This document shows, piece after piece, positions 25,125 through 37,405 of a DNA stretch of 37,405 bases; the stretch's first letter is position 1; each line of letters opens with the position of its first letter. The position numbers were made by a program, and so were the translations under genes. The notes beneath the pieces were generated by a model. It had not been told where the DNA came from. It worked only from the letters and a program-made list of their open reading frames with translations, and did no database searches. Source of the DNA: Catajapyx aquilonaris (Eukaryota); the NCBI GenBank assembly GCA_000934665.2, contig JYFJ02003809.1, positions 1 to 37,405 on the forward strand, in the 5' to 3' direction.

Positions 25125-25179
25125 GCCACCATCGACCCCCACGGAGAAGGCTTCTCGACCCCCAGGTTGGGAACCACTG
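25125..25179. mobile_element. hAT (Charlie-like) MITE terminus
   Basis: CGACCCCCAGGTTGGGAACCACTG is the reverse complement of a CAGTGGTTCCCAA-type TIR. Confidence 0.5.
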
Positions 25180-25568
25180 ATCTAATACAGACACTGCCAA
25201 GTTCCATTGGCTGTTTAAAACATAAAGGGAAGTTATGAGCAGCTAGAAAAACGTGGTCCGAAAGGGTGCATAATTATAATTATTTAGATACATGTGTGCG
25301 AGTTCATGCGAGTATAGAGGCGGTAGAGGTTGTGAATTTCTGTTCATACAATAATTTATTTTTTAAAATTGCAAAGGTATGGGTATGTTGAGGTGGGCGA
25401 ATGCATATTTCCCTGCCAATGCAAAGGTGGGATTGCAGATTGGTCGCAGAGTATAGGGAATCACGGATATGTGAATGCACGGAGGAAAGGGTGAGGGTGG
25501 GGGTGTGAATATGATTGGCATCATCACTGGCAATATAAGTCCGCGGATAGAAACTATGGTGGGCACTG

Positions 25569-25659
25569 TAGGCCGCAGGCCTAGAAAAGAACGAGCGAAG
25601 CGAGTGGTTTTCTAGGCCAGCGCCCTAGGAAAATGCGAGCGTAGCGAGGGTTTTCCTAG
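25569..25659 (+). mobile_element. Helitron-like 3' end with double hairpin (copy 2)
   Basis: GGCCTAGAAAA..cgagcgaagcgag..TTTTCTAGGCC (25578-25618), then CTAGGAAAA..TTTTCCTAG|T (25625-25660). The G-rich body from about 25330 shares ggtgggggtgtgaa with the 130-145 region. Confidence 0.62.
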
Positions 25660-27344
25660 TGTAAAAATAATTACGCATGTCGTACAAAGACACTGCCGAG
25701 AATAATAATAATTGTAGCTCGCATTCGCAACGTCATGAATGTAACCATGACTGTAACACTCGGCTTGGATAATATTACACATTGCGTATGAAGGTGCACA
25801 ACTGCTCCAGCCGCAAGGCCCTTAGCAGGATCAGAAGTGCATCATCCTCCGGTGGCCGGCACATAATGGCATCACCTTTCTAAAGAATTTCTGATTACTC
25901 TTCCTCTACGTGGTAGTCAAGGTAACGCAGGTAACGCGGCCTGATCTCTCGTCACTTGCCTTATTATCCGACCATCCTCTGAAAGATTAAGGTGAACAAA
26001 TAGGCTATAGCAAGATGAAAATGTCGCGGAAAAATGGCATTTTTAAAATATAGGGGTCGTACCTCCTTGTATACTGCGTGTAACAATACTAAGGCGACAT
26101 TAATCTTCGTCGATCATCGGTTCTAAGTAAATGAAGCCTTTCTGGGATAAATCGATTGTGGAGGACTACTAACGTGAAAATAATACGATTGTGTCATATT
26201 TCTCCAATATCAGCTCCAAGCTCCGTATTCATTATGGCAAAATCCAGTATCGAGTTGCATGCATAGTCGGATGTTCGTTCTAGCCAATAAGGAAAATTAG
26301 ACACATCTTCATGGCAACCCCGGTGTGTGTGTAATTACTACAAGCGAGGCATGATCCAATTTGTCTCCATTATACCTGTCATCTGCGACATGTAATGAGC
26401 TATCTCCCAATTGAGTGTCACAGACATCCATCACGCAGAGGCTGGTGGGGCATTTTTTTGTACATTCACACCAGTACTTTACGACATGCTACACCTATAT
26501 GCTGATGTACTGTATACAGTAATGAACCACATTTCAAAGGTTTCCTATGCATTCGGATGAGAATATAATTATTTTGGAAAGTAGTAGGCCTACTAATGAG
26601 CTTGCTGGGCTATAAACATTGTGCAAAACCTAATCTAAATCCATTGAACTTTGGAAACGAAAATTAAACGCTATAGTATATAGTTTAACGCAAAACAAGC
26701 TTGCCGAAAGCTGATTTGCCTAGATAAGCTTTTGCTTTGCAGGTTTTACTTGCGTTAGACAATCACCGGCGTGTCAGTGCCCCGACATACCGCTTGTAAG
26801 ACTAGCGAATTACTTCTCAGTGTTATTGTGAATAGTAATTACACTCAGAAATTCGCGAATATGTTGACCTTGTATCAGTTGTATGGACTTCGAAACTCTA
26901 AAAATGGTGCGAGTTATTTGAATAATTGCGAGATTTCAAAACTTGTGCGCCAATAGCGCGGTGTTTTAATGGACGCCTAATCGGATTTTCGCAGCTCACC
27001 TTTTAATGCGACCATGTAAACGTGGTCAGGTTTCGCTACAAGATTAAAAGAAACCCACAATCTCCGCTGGATGTAAAAGGATTTTGCGGTTATCCACTCA
27101 GGCGGCCTATCGTCAAACCCCACCCACGTTCCAACAAATAATAGAAATGTATAGGCTATATAGTGTAGGCCTACTGTACCCAATATGTTAAAAAATAACA
27201 TGACGTACTGTGCAGCAATGCCTTTTTTTGTAATTGCAAAAATATAAATATGATGATTTTTTTTAGATTTGCTTTTTTGCTTTGATTAATACTGTCCATT
27301 TATGATATATCTCTAGATGAGAAGGAATAGGTTATGAATAGCAC

Positions 27345-27893
27345 CTTGGCGTGAAGATCGGACAAATCAATCTCGGATTCTCTTCGCCTTGCCGTGTAGA
27401 TGTCGTTAGCCGAGGCCGTAAGGGTGAGCAGAGAGAGAAGATCCGTGTTGGAGCAGATGATCCCTTGATTGCCCCTTGCACCCACCCCAGCGCCCTTTCG
27501 AACCACTCCGACCGAATCAGAAAATCGTCGCACTTCGGTTCGAGATGGGGCTAAAAGCATGCTGGAAGTGGAGGCTGCAGGTTCCGCTGGTGCTCGACGT
27601 ATCGCCTCGGGTGACACTTGCTCCATGCTGCACACTTTCTCTTGCGATGGCGTGCGTGTTATCCGTAGTCGGACGCGACGAGGCGGATGACCAGCTGCAG
27701 ACTTGTCGGATCGGCGGGTGTCGATCGGTGTGAAGTCGGTGCGGTACGTTGTCCGATCAGTCGTGTCTTCCACAACCACATGGGGGGTCGGTATAGACGA
27801 AGCAGACGGAGTTAACGACAGGCAGCGTTTCTTGTCCTTGTCACTAGTCACAAGCAAGGACTTGGGCGCTGCTGTCATTGACGACCTCCTCAT
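27345..27893 (-). CDS. Coding exon of an uncharacterised Ser/Arg-rich protein (candidate host gene), 183 codons
   Basis: Open, GC-rich frame with a strong acceptor (ttttgttttgttttgttgacAG, exon starts 27895) followed by CC-ATG, and a phase-0 donor AAG|GTGCTA at 27345/27344. It is either the first coding exon or an internal phase-1 exon. Conserved-looking island: RRFSD...GIICSNTDLLSLL. Confidence 0.7.
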
Positions 27894-27973
27894 GGCTGTC
27901 AACAAAACAAAACAAAAATAACGAACCGGTTACGCTGAAAGTTACCAACCGTAAAGTATAAAGGCAAATATAA

Positions 27974-28115
27974 AGCAGCGTTTTCATGTGAGCGATTTCA
28001 TCAGCGATGAATCCAATTGTTTGGGGCGAAAATCGATTGTTATCGTGATTGTTACTTTCGTCCCAAACAATTGGATTCATCGCTGATCAAATCGCTCACA
28101 TATGTAAACGCGGCT
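27974..28115. mobile_element. Fold-back MITE, PIF/Harbinger-like, TAA target duplication
   Basis: Arms CATGTGAGCGATTTCATCAGCGATGAATCCAATTGTTTGGG / CCCAAACAATTGGATTCATCGCTGATCAAATCGCTCACAT, flanked by TAA (27971-27973) and TAA (28116-28118). Confidence 0.78.
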
Positions 28116-28122
28116 TAAAGCA

Positions 28123-28236
28123 TCCCAAAGCAGCTTTTTTTTTGCGCAAAATCGAGCTGTGACAATTATAACCTCCTCCCAGCTATTGTGGGTGAGCTGT
28201 CACAGCTCGACTTCGCATTAACAAGCTGCTTTGGGA
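28123..28236. mobile_element. Palindromic MITE-like element
   Basis: TCCCAAAGCAGCTT..TCGAGCTGTGACA / TGTCACAGCTCGA..AAGCTGCTTTGGGA. Confidence 0.65.
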
Positions 28237-28308
28237 ATAGGACTTAAATGTCCAAATAAAATTGTGGACGCTAATCATTTCAAACGTGCCCAACATATTG
28301 CAAACATA

Positions 28309-28396
28309 TTTGCAAACATACGTAAAAATGCGTAAAACTAGATGCCGAACACGACATCCCTGGATCCAGTTTTACGCATTATGACATGTTTGCAAA
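28309..28396. mobile_element. Palindromic MITE-like element
   Basis: TTTGCAAACAT..AATGCGTAAAACT / AGTTTTACGCATT..ATGTTTGCAAA. Confidence 0.55.
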
Positions 28397-30659
28397 AAGG
28401 GACCTTATTGATTTACGCTGGTACTGTACTCACAGTCAGTGTACTGTATACATGTGAGACTAGAAGTCGCGCTGGGATTAAGACATAACTGTTCACGTGC
28501 ACATATTGCACTTTAATAAACCATTATTCTTGGACGAGGGAGGGTAGGATAGTTACCCCCACCCCAGTCTGTCCTTGGGAACACTTAGCAACATTTACGA
28601 ATAAATTACTGAAGTTATCAGCGTTCGTTAAACTCCTCACTAAATGCTCAGATATTTTTACGATTACTTTACGACCATTCTAGCTCCGTTCCACCCTTAC
28701 CAAGTTACTGTTCTCATTAAACCCACGCTTCTCATTTACTCTGACGTAACTTCTTTCAGGATGACCCACAGTCCGGCTCCCACATCGTCTCTGGTTTCCA
28801 AATAAATAAAAAATTGAACCTTGATAAAATTGTGCGAAATGGCCCCAAGGCATATTGAAGTGGCCTGCCGAGACATCTCAATTTCCTCAAACCTTGCGCG
28901 AGGAAATGACTTGAGCCAATGTGCGACCACTTTGCACGGTTGAAGGAGTACGCCGACACTGATGAGTTTGATAATTGAATCGACTCTAAGGACGTCAGAG
29001 GGACCCATGCTTCTCCTTCTCTCTCCCGGTGTCTCCCTGATCTCCGAATCTCATCGACCTTTTCTTCCCATCGATTCTAGCTACGTTTTCAACCGCAAGT
29101 AAGAAACTGTGAAACGTTGGCGATCATTATGATGAGTAGGTACTGCGTGTCACGGAATAAGAATCGGCTTATGTTGTTTCAGGTGCTGGAAAACACGGAA
29201 TTAACATGTGTATCTAGTGTATTTGATATTCCCGAGCGGAAATGTTCACGCATTAATTTGCATGCACCCACGCATCGTCCTGAAGCCCACAGATGCAAAA
29301 CTAACCAGCATAATGCTAGTTTATTTGGGTAAATGAACGTGGACACGCCACCTCGCATTTGGGTACACACCAGACACGGCCTTTATTCTGTGGACAGTGG
29401 CGCCAGTGATATTAAAAGTAATTAATGACACCATTTTCCTTTTTTTGCGCAGCATAAACGCATCTACTAAACTACATACACCCCGAAGACGTGTTTGCTG
29501 AAGTGTTATTTCAAAGCCTCGCCGGCTTTTATCAGACGAGTGCTGTTCAGCGGCGGGCCTCAGTGTACAGAGTTTGACAGGAGAAAAACAACCTTTTTTG
29601 GCGCTAGTTAGTAGACCTCAGTACCGGCTGCTAATGATGTCAAACTTTCTATACGTTTCACTGTGCTGTAGAGTGTAGAGGCAATGCTTGGCTCTAACAT
29701 GAGGCGGTCATTATATCCTGAGCAGTTAGGTAAACCGCAGCACTTGACGCCACGATGGGTAGCTCTTGACTGTTAGGATAACGAATTGTGCTGATGCCCT
29801 GATGCTATAGATCGTGCGAGATCTGGCTTGAAAAAGTCTTCACGGAAGTCATTTAAAAAGCGCAGGCATTTCACCCTGCGGCAAAAGGTTCTGCACTGTG
29901 CCACTAATGCCATTAATCATCTACCGGGCTCACATGTCACAATGGCTCTTTCCTTAGCCCTGTCGTCTTCTCCCTGAATGTCAATTTCTATTTCTTTCAT
30001 AATACTGTTAGAGACTGTTATTGGCTATTACTGTAAAAGGCTTCAACAGGCTCTACCTAAAAATTTTATGGCGAATTTCAACGACTGCATTTTAGACACC
30101 AGTAATTTGTGGAAGTTTAACTATGTCACTAATTAATTAAAATATATGTAATCATGAGCTTAGAAAATTGAGGCTCAGATATCAAATCCTCTCATGAAGC
30201 AAAATATCAGCGACGATTTTTCCCACTCAGCTGTGCATAATTATGTAATCCTGACCAAGCAAAAGTGAGTCTGGCCTACTCTGGATAATGGCGAGAACTG
30301 ATGCAGATTTTAGCTACTGCTTACACTGTGCCCTTCAGCCCCCATTAACCTATTCCAGGGATAAGCTATAGTTCAAGGAGGACAAGGCTCTAACATCCCC
30401 CGGCTATCCTTGAACCTCTCGTAATAATTAGGCCTACGTCCTATCTGTTACAAAACCCGCCTGCAGCCCCAACCTATCCGGTGACCGCGAGAATCGTTCC
30501 TCATTATTAGAAATGGCTACGAATTGTATTACATAACATTATAAGCAAGGGCTGTTCCATTCCATGCGAAGACCTGCAATGCAAAACGATCACAATGTGA
30601 TTGTGATCATCGTGTAAGACAGTAGCTTACTTTCTCTTACTTACTTACTTTCTCATGGT

Positions 30660-31420
30660 CAAGCCAGTTTTATGCCAAAGCCATTGTTTCATCAAAAAAT
30701 GGTAATAAGGCATTCCCTACGGGACTTCTAACTCAAATATTGAACTGAGTCATTCATATGCGCATTCATATAATAGGTTTTCATTTCTCATGTACCAAAA
30801 CTCTTTCGGACAAACGTATCTGGAAGTCCTAATGACATACTAGAAAGCTAATTGTTGTATCTACAATGCCAGAAAACGTTTGTTGTACACTTTTAAACCA
30901 CACATACGATTCCGAATGATTCGGTATTGGAGAGAGCCTCGTTAATTTTAAAAAAGACACAAGAGACTTGTTTGCAGTCCCTTGGCATGAACAGGACTTC
31001 GTTAGAGTTCAATGCCTGTAGCCCATTTATTGGCAACTATCCACGGTAATTGTCCGGAGTTGACTCAGGAAAACGACAGCAATCCTGGGATAGCTCTCAC
31101 CGGGGACCGAATCCAATACCCCCTGAATGGGATGTCTGACGCCCTGCTCATACTGTATACACTCAGACTGCAATGCAGCACAAAACCTCGTCTTTTCATC
31201 CGATTTGATATTTTGAGCACTCCGGAAGAAATATACTCACAAATGCTATACGTGCTGCATGCATATAGCCATAAGGGTCGGCGCAGTAGCATCAGGTGCG
31301 GGTTCGTGCTCGATTGCCAGGAGAAAATCTTCAGGGAATGTTTACCCTGCCGCTTCGGTGAATCAGTATAGTCCAATCCTCAAGAGAGCTTTTCATCAAT
31401 ATGAGGTAGGTAAGTTGCTC
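30660..31420 (-). pseudogene. Decayed piggyBac-like transposase
   Basis: Ordered degenerate motifs across stops and frameshifts: IDEKL..PKRQGKHSLKIF (cf. IDExL..KPxKYGIKIF), PDNY (cf. DNYF), GTANK, VYNK..GIVD (cf. YNxxxGGVD). Confidence 0.5.
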
Positions 31421-34400
31421 GGTACTGAGGATTATAGACGGTGCGGCGTGGAAAATCACATAGAGTGACAGCTGCGATTTTAGTAGTATACGTAGTACTC
31501 CACGCCATAATTACATGCTTTGATTATAACAAAAACAATATCTCTTACGACCAAGGTGTATTAATAGCTCGGAACAAACTGTATACGCGCGTTCAGCTCC
31601 TGTAGAGTGAATACCAATAATGTGGACTTAGGATATTATCTCCCAACAGGCATATTATTTGTCTAAAGTCGCCGGTGGTCATACAGTATATAGTCGACCG
31701 AAACCACGACTATCTCCGCATTCCGCATTGCTGCCGGCTCTATAACGCAAGTGTTGTTTTTACGCCTCCAAGCAAAAAGTTTTGCATGTATATAATTGAT
31801 TTTTCCGGAGCGGGTTGCATTTTATGTGTGTGTGTGTACTGTACAGTATATACGTAAACGGCTAACCATCATCATGGATGTATACACGGCTGTATCTGGA
31901 AGTTATTGAGCTTTGTTTGCCTGCATTATTTCACGTATAGCTTCAAGCGTCACTAAACACACTAATATGACACGCAGTGATTGACATGCAACGCCAAAAT
32001 AAGCTGTTGTGTTGACGCAAATTCTCCAGAGGCTCGTGTATTTTTCAGCAGTTTTTGTGCAAATGTGACTATAGAAATGTAATATTATTCAATTAGGTAG
32101 GGAATCAATAGGCATTGCATGAGTCCGTATATAGGAGTTGAACTCGAATAAGATGACTGTGATTTTTAAAACTGGATGTTACTGTACACAGTCATGTAAC
32201 AAGGCGAATAATCAGATCATGATTTTAAATGGTAATCATTTTAGTCTCCAACGCTTGCAGAGTTTCACAACCAAGTTACCACATCAGTATCTCAAATTAT
32301 GACGTAAATTACTCAAATTACTGCACAGAGGTGACTGTACCATTTTCGTCAAAATTATGCACAATTTTCATAGCCCGTGACTGGGCTACTCCGGACTTTT
32401 TGGAGTTCATCATGTGTTTTGATGATGTGCATTTTAAAAATATTTTAAAAGCCGAGAATCCCCACTAATCCCATGCGAAATTGAAGGGTTGAAACTCTTC
32501 TTTCGTGAGAGAATCATCCAGTGAGATATGGGGTCGAACTCGAGACCTTCGACACTGCCACAATATCTCTCTCTGATTACTTCCACTGCGATTAGCTGCA
32601 ACACATGAAGCTAATTATGGCAACGTGGCAGCACTAAATGTGGCGCGAGCTTAATTTCTACTCGAGCAAAAAAGAAGGAACTTGAAACTCCAGGAAATAG
32701 ATCCGACTATTTTCATTAGCTCCAGCATCAAATCCGCATGGAAACATCGTTTCCCAGGAAGCGTATGCAGGTGCAAGGTATACGTAGACGATAATATGTA
32801 TTAGTCCAGTGACACACTGTTCTACAGTGTCGAAATTTACAGGCAATGCAACAGAAATACTGTACAATATGTACACTCAGGGTTTTGTTGTGGTGTTCTA
32901 TTTGTGCGGTCTTTTTCAGCCTTTGAAAACTTATATCTGGATGTAGCTTTTGCCAGCAGCATTCTTTCATCTAGTCTGTGTGTACCTAACAATACGCTAC
33001 CACCCCGTAAACACCATTGCCAACCCACTGACACACAAAAGTTAAGCTAGGAAACCCCCACTAATATCGACTTCATGTATATCCAGCACATCAATACGAT
33101 CAGACTGAATGCAATTTTCTTTTACTTCCTCCCACATCCGGGCAGAGTCTGTCTCTCCCCAGAGGATGAACTGGGACACGGGTAAAGGCAGAAGGGAAGT
33201 GAAAGAGTCAATAAGTGCTCCACTCACCGGCCATTTGAGCTGTGAGCACGCGCTGGATCCTGCTGTGCTCTGGGGGAAGGAGGACTGGGGACTGGCAGGG
33301 GTAGGCTTCACTGCAAGGGGTAGGAAGGTAGGTGGGGCGGGCAAGGGATGGGTACGGGGCATGTATCCGTACGGGTTGGATAGGGGCGGGTGTGCGCAGA
33401 TTCACTGTGCAGGTCAGGTGACGGAGGGGGCCGCCTACAAGCCTTTTTGGAGCGTGCAAAAGCAAGGAAGGAAAAGGAAGGAATATGGGAAGAGCCACAG
33501 GTGGATGGGGCGGAATTTTCAACCCCCCCCCAAATGAACGTGATCGATAAGCAATCACGGGGGTTTAATGGGTCACCACTTTCGGATAGGAAATTGCACT
33601 GTTATTGCTAACATGATATGTGTAAAGTGCAATCACGGAGCCCCGGACGACTGGCATGTCAATATTCGGAGTGTAATGGGTATATCCCTTCAAAAAAATA
33701 TTAATGATTCAAATCTGAACTTTTTCTTCAAGTAACTATAATGTTTACCTGCGGAAGTCTACGTACACTTCTATTTTTGCCCGCTCGTAAAAAAAAAATC
33801 CAATTTTAGTGTTGCAAGGATTGGCAGCAATTCCAAAAGGACTGTTGGAGGTGTCTCCTTCACTAAAGCTGCAGTATGTCAAGTGGTAATTACGCTCAGG
33901 GCTGCGTGTCATTCTAGACACCCGAGAAACAAAGGGAAGCACTCCAAATTCGTCAGAAAATCATCTGTCAGCACTGTCACGTCACTGTACAAAATGCTCC
34001 CGGCGGACCAAGTAATGCGACCCTTGCATGCGTCACATAGGAAGAGGTCCATTAGGAAAAAAACCCCGCTATACACTGAGTGCATAAAATGCGTTTAACT
34101 GCAACAAGTCTGGTTTTCCAACAAATTGCAGCAATTCTATTAGGTTTGCCAGCGAACGCTGTGCTTCACTGTAAACCCGTTTATATGTGGCAAGCTTGAT
34201 TCAATTTAACACCGTTCGTTACTCATCTATGTGGTGTAATCCGGTACAGCATATTGAGCAATGGTTTGCATTTTAATCCTCATTCTGTCCTGCATCCGGC
34301 AAAATACTGCGTCAGTCACAAATCCATAAGCTGCGGTCCGTATACTTATCATGCGCGATCTGCTTTTTCCAACGCCAAATGCGATCAACGACTTTGGAGG

Positions 34401-34839
34401 GTGGTTAGAGGGTAGGATATAATTCAAAATAATGCGCCTCATTTGTCATTCCTATCATAGCATCACACTCTATATCCTACAGTAAAATGGCCGTATTCCC
34501 GATTCCGACCAGACCGAGCGATTGTCACGAAGCCACAGTTATTGTAACAGACTGTATCGATTTATACAGAGGAAGGAGTGGAATGATAAGACCGATCGGC
34601 AAGTATATACAGTGTCGTGAAGAATAACTGCAACACCTGCCATTTTAGAAAGTCTACGTATAGAGATCGCATAAAATAAAAATTCATGCTGAATTTTTAC
34701 TCATAATCGTATAAATGCGCCTTCTCGAAAAGCATCCTGTTTTACTTGACAGCACACGAAAACACTACAATAACGTTGGAAATCACACCGTTGCAATTAT
34801 GATATTTGTCACAACCCTGCATGACCAGATCCGCCATCA

Positions 34840-35220
34840 TTCGGGGTGATACAATGACCCAGCATCTCTGTGTATCCTGACTTGCTCAGGGCCATTCACA
34901 CGCCTTTCTTGTTTGTATAGGATATAATTATCTAACGACCACGATGTGACGTTCCCTCTTGTTTGATCTAACTGCTCTTGTATACCACCTAACAACCACA
35001 GAGCTAGCTTGTCTGGCCTTTTTTTTTTTACCTGTTGACATAGGATGTCGCTTTTTTGTAAAATCCATAATGGCCACGTGGGCGTTAAAAAAAACCCCGG
35101 ATAAATATTTAAAGCCATCTCAAAGTAAACACAGGCGAGGTGTGCCGCGCAGTTGGATAGGCCTATAATTTCGTCCTCTATTGATGTATCGGCCATGCCT
35201 GCCATATCATAACCACACAA
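34840..35220 (-). pseudogene. Decayed hAT-like transposase fragment
   Basis: CGYDMAGM (cf. xYDGAxxM), NCAAHL (cf. CxAHxL), and after a frameshift VRWYTRA (cf. TRWxxR), in the expected order. Confidence 0.4.
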
Positions 35221-35813
35221 TATTCATGCCCTAAGCTCCCTCCCCCAGGTTACCTTTATTCCCATCATCCACACATCACTGCTTCTGTCCTTTCATACGG
35301 ATTTAAACTGTTGGACTATGTGGACTCCCACGTTTCTCTGACCTCAAAGCACGATTTCTATGGTCATTGTGCATTCGGGCATATTTGGTTCCCCGAAGCT
35401 CCGTGTCTTTGTTCACTTCCCATCCATTTGTAACACGCTAAGCTGCGCTTACTAGCCATATACTGTAGGTCATTTATTCAAGTCGATTATTTAACTTTTA
35501 AACTTTTCAAATATTATGCCAACCTCAATTTGCTTTCTTTCATTCGAACACGATTGCATGTCGAATAGGTCACACTTAATGGCAGCTAATCGATGATCAC
35601 TATAGCATCGCGTACTCGTAACACTCGTATATGATAACGAGAAATTGTCTGAAGGATATCAGGTAGAAATCAATCACGCCAATTTTCTGAGACAGGAAAT
35701 TGATGGAATCAAAGAAAATCATTATTACGTTCGGAAAAGAGGCACATGTCCCTATAGAACTATTTATTGCCCTAATAAAGCATGTTCTTACACACGCGTA
35801 TGGCATTATTTCA

Positions 35814-36570
35814 TAGGGTGTTTCATTAGGTTGTCCCAACATATGTAGAACCAGCTATATTTTTCTTCCCACACTTCCTATAGAAACATGATGTTAGGTT
35901 TAAAACTTACCTTAGTTTATGGTAATGTAGCACCATTCACAATAAATGCTAGAATTGACCTTCGCCGACTTCCATATACAATACCCAACGCGACGGGGTG
36001 CTAATCTCCCTATTATCGTAGGTCCTCCGCAGAATATTCTCATTAACAATCCGGATTGCTGCACTGACAGTGAGTGTTTTTGTCAAATAGAGCGCAGATG
36101 ACCACCTTTAAAGGAAGAAAAATCGAAGAACGAAAGCACAGGAGACTGCTGGCATGACCGAATAAGTCACTGCGATGGTTTGTCACAAGAAACTGTGCGT
36201 ACTGTTTCCACTGATGGTCAAAGAGCCGCAAATGGGGCTATTAGAAGAATTATTGTGCTTACAACAATAAGCCTCGACGCGACGTTAGTTGACTTGGAAA
36301 GCAACATTAATGCAGCAATCCAGACGGTTGATGAGGATATGCTGTGGAGGACCTACGATAATAAGGAGATTCGCGTGGCGTTGAGTTTGAGACTTCGAGT
36401 GTGTATATGGAGGTCGTTGAAGGTCAATAACAGCATAATTTCTATTGCGAGTGGTTCCACATTCCCATAAACTGAGGAAAGTTTTAACCTTACATCATAC
36501 GGTATTATTAGGTATAGAGTAGGAAGAAAAATAGCTGGTTCTTTTGGAGAGTACCTAACTTTCATATGCA
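35814..36570. mobile_element. Tc1/mariner (maT/DD37D-like) relic arranged as a long inverted repeat
   Basis: Arms at about 35814-36085 and 36290-36570 are reverse complements (e.g. GGAGGACCTACGATAAT, GAAGGTCAAT, CCATAAACT, AGCTGGTTCT). The plus frame from 36233 reads WGY*K..YNNKP/TLVDLESNINAAIQTVDEDMLWR (transposase C-terminus). A TIR-like AGGGTGTTTCA marks the left end. Confidence 0.7.
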
Positions 36571-37405
36571 GCTCGTGCCCCAACCAAGAGACAGTACTGA
36601 ACTACTGAACACATACGACTCCTCTAGTACTGTACTGTGCAGGTAATGGCACATCTTGGCGCAAGTGTACCAACGACTGGATAATTTGGGTCCACGTTAA
36701 CTGCAGTTGAGTGAATCTAATGGGAAAAGGCGCCACAAGTGGCGTTAAAGGATTGTTCACAAGTTCTGCAGTCAGCCAGCACGCAATAAAGTCGTCATTT
36801 CGCATGCCAGCCGGGTAAGCTCCAGTGGCTCATCAAGCCCCACTCACAACAACCCCACCAGGCCACCAACCCAGAGACCATGCAATGCAGCCCTCTAAGT
36901 CGCTGTAGTGTTTATTACTTACTTCATCCTATAGCCATATAGGGGCAGAATATGGATTTTCTATTCTTACATGACAGCACACTTCTTTCATATTATATCA
37001 AAAACTTTCCCTTCAGTAAAAAAAAAGAGAAGTAAGACCTCCGCGGCGGAATAAAAGTACTGAAACAAGGAAGGCGCACGTAAGACCTTCACCAATTGAT
37101 TTAAGCTGTACCATAGGTCTTACTCAAGCAATTTCCAATTATTCACTGCTCATGAAGTCTCCTTTCTGAAACAAATCTGTGGAGTTTCTGTCGTACTACT
37201 ATAGTTACTTCTAACTTAGCAGTACCAGTGTAGTGCAATGGTACTACTAAGTTAGCAGTATCTTAGCTCTTATTGGCAGTATTAGTTTTCCATGAGCCAC
37301 TCCATATCAGTGTTTTATGAAATTAGGAACTTCAATATTAAGCACATTGAATTTCTATGCGATTAGTGCGAATTATTGCCATGAAACATTCATGCAGAAT
37401 CGTCA

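Noticed and set aside
28600..28900. DDPQSGS motif resembling the mariner N-terminal DxPRSGRP
   Set aside because: A single degenerate motif, insufficient to support a call.
33042..33611. G-rich block with overlapping ORFs and quadruplex-like G-runs
   Set aside because: It looks like an unclassified interspersed repeat; I could not define termini or a protein family.
35905..35915. Strong minus-strand donor AAG|GTAAGT as a possible upstream host exon
   Set aside because: It lies within the left arm of the Tc1/mariner inverted repeat, with no supporting exon.

Overview
Eukaryotic, intron-rich animal DNA, probably arthropod (inferred from gene set, 55-65 nt introns and repeat types). I reconstructed four genes by hand from splice sites and codon phase. 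(1) A complete 12-coding-exon ERMP1-like M28 metallopeptidase on the minus strand (CDS 10025->1030, 888 aa). (2) Head-to-head with it across a CpG-rich promoter (~13450-14120), a complete 6-exon queuosine-salvage hydrolase QNG1/C9orf64 on the plus strand (14125-17358, 354 aa). (3) An unidentified minus-strand gene with two phase-compatible exons (27895-27345 and 18983-18498), converging on QNG1. (4) Inside that gene's 8.4 kb intron and on the same strand, an Enhancer-of-polycomb (EPC)-like gene whose CDS has no introns. It has its own candidate CpG promoter and 5' UTR exon, and also a phase-0 acceptor that could splice it in frame to the host exon. The rest is palindromic MITEs, Helitron-like ends, decayed piggyBac, hAT, Tc1/mariner and LINE relics, and microsatellites. 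No database searches were run: family calls rest on recognised motifs, and all splice models need transcript confirmation.
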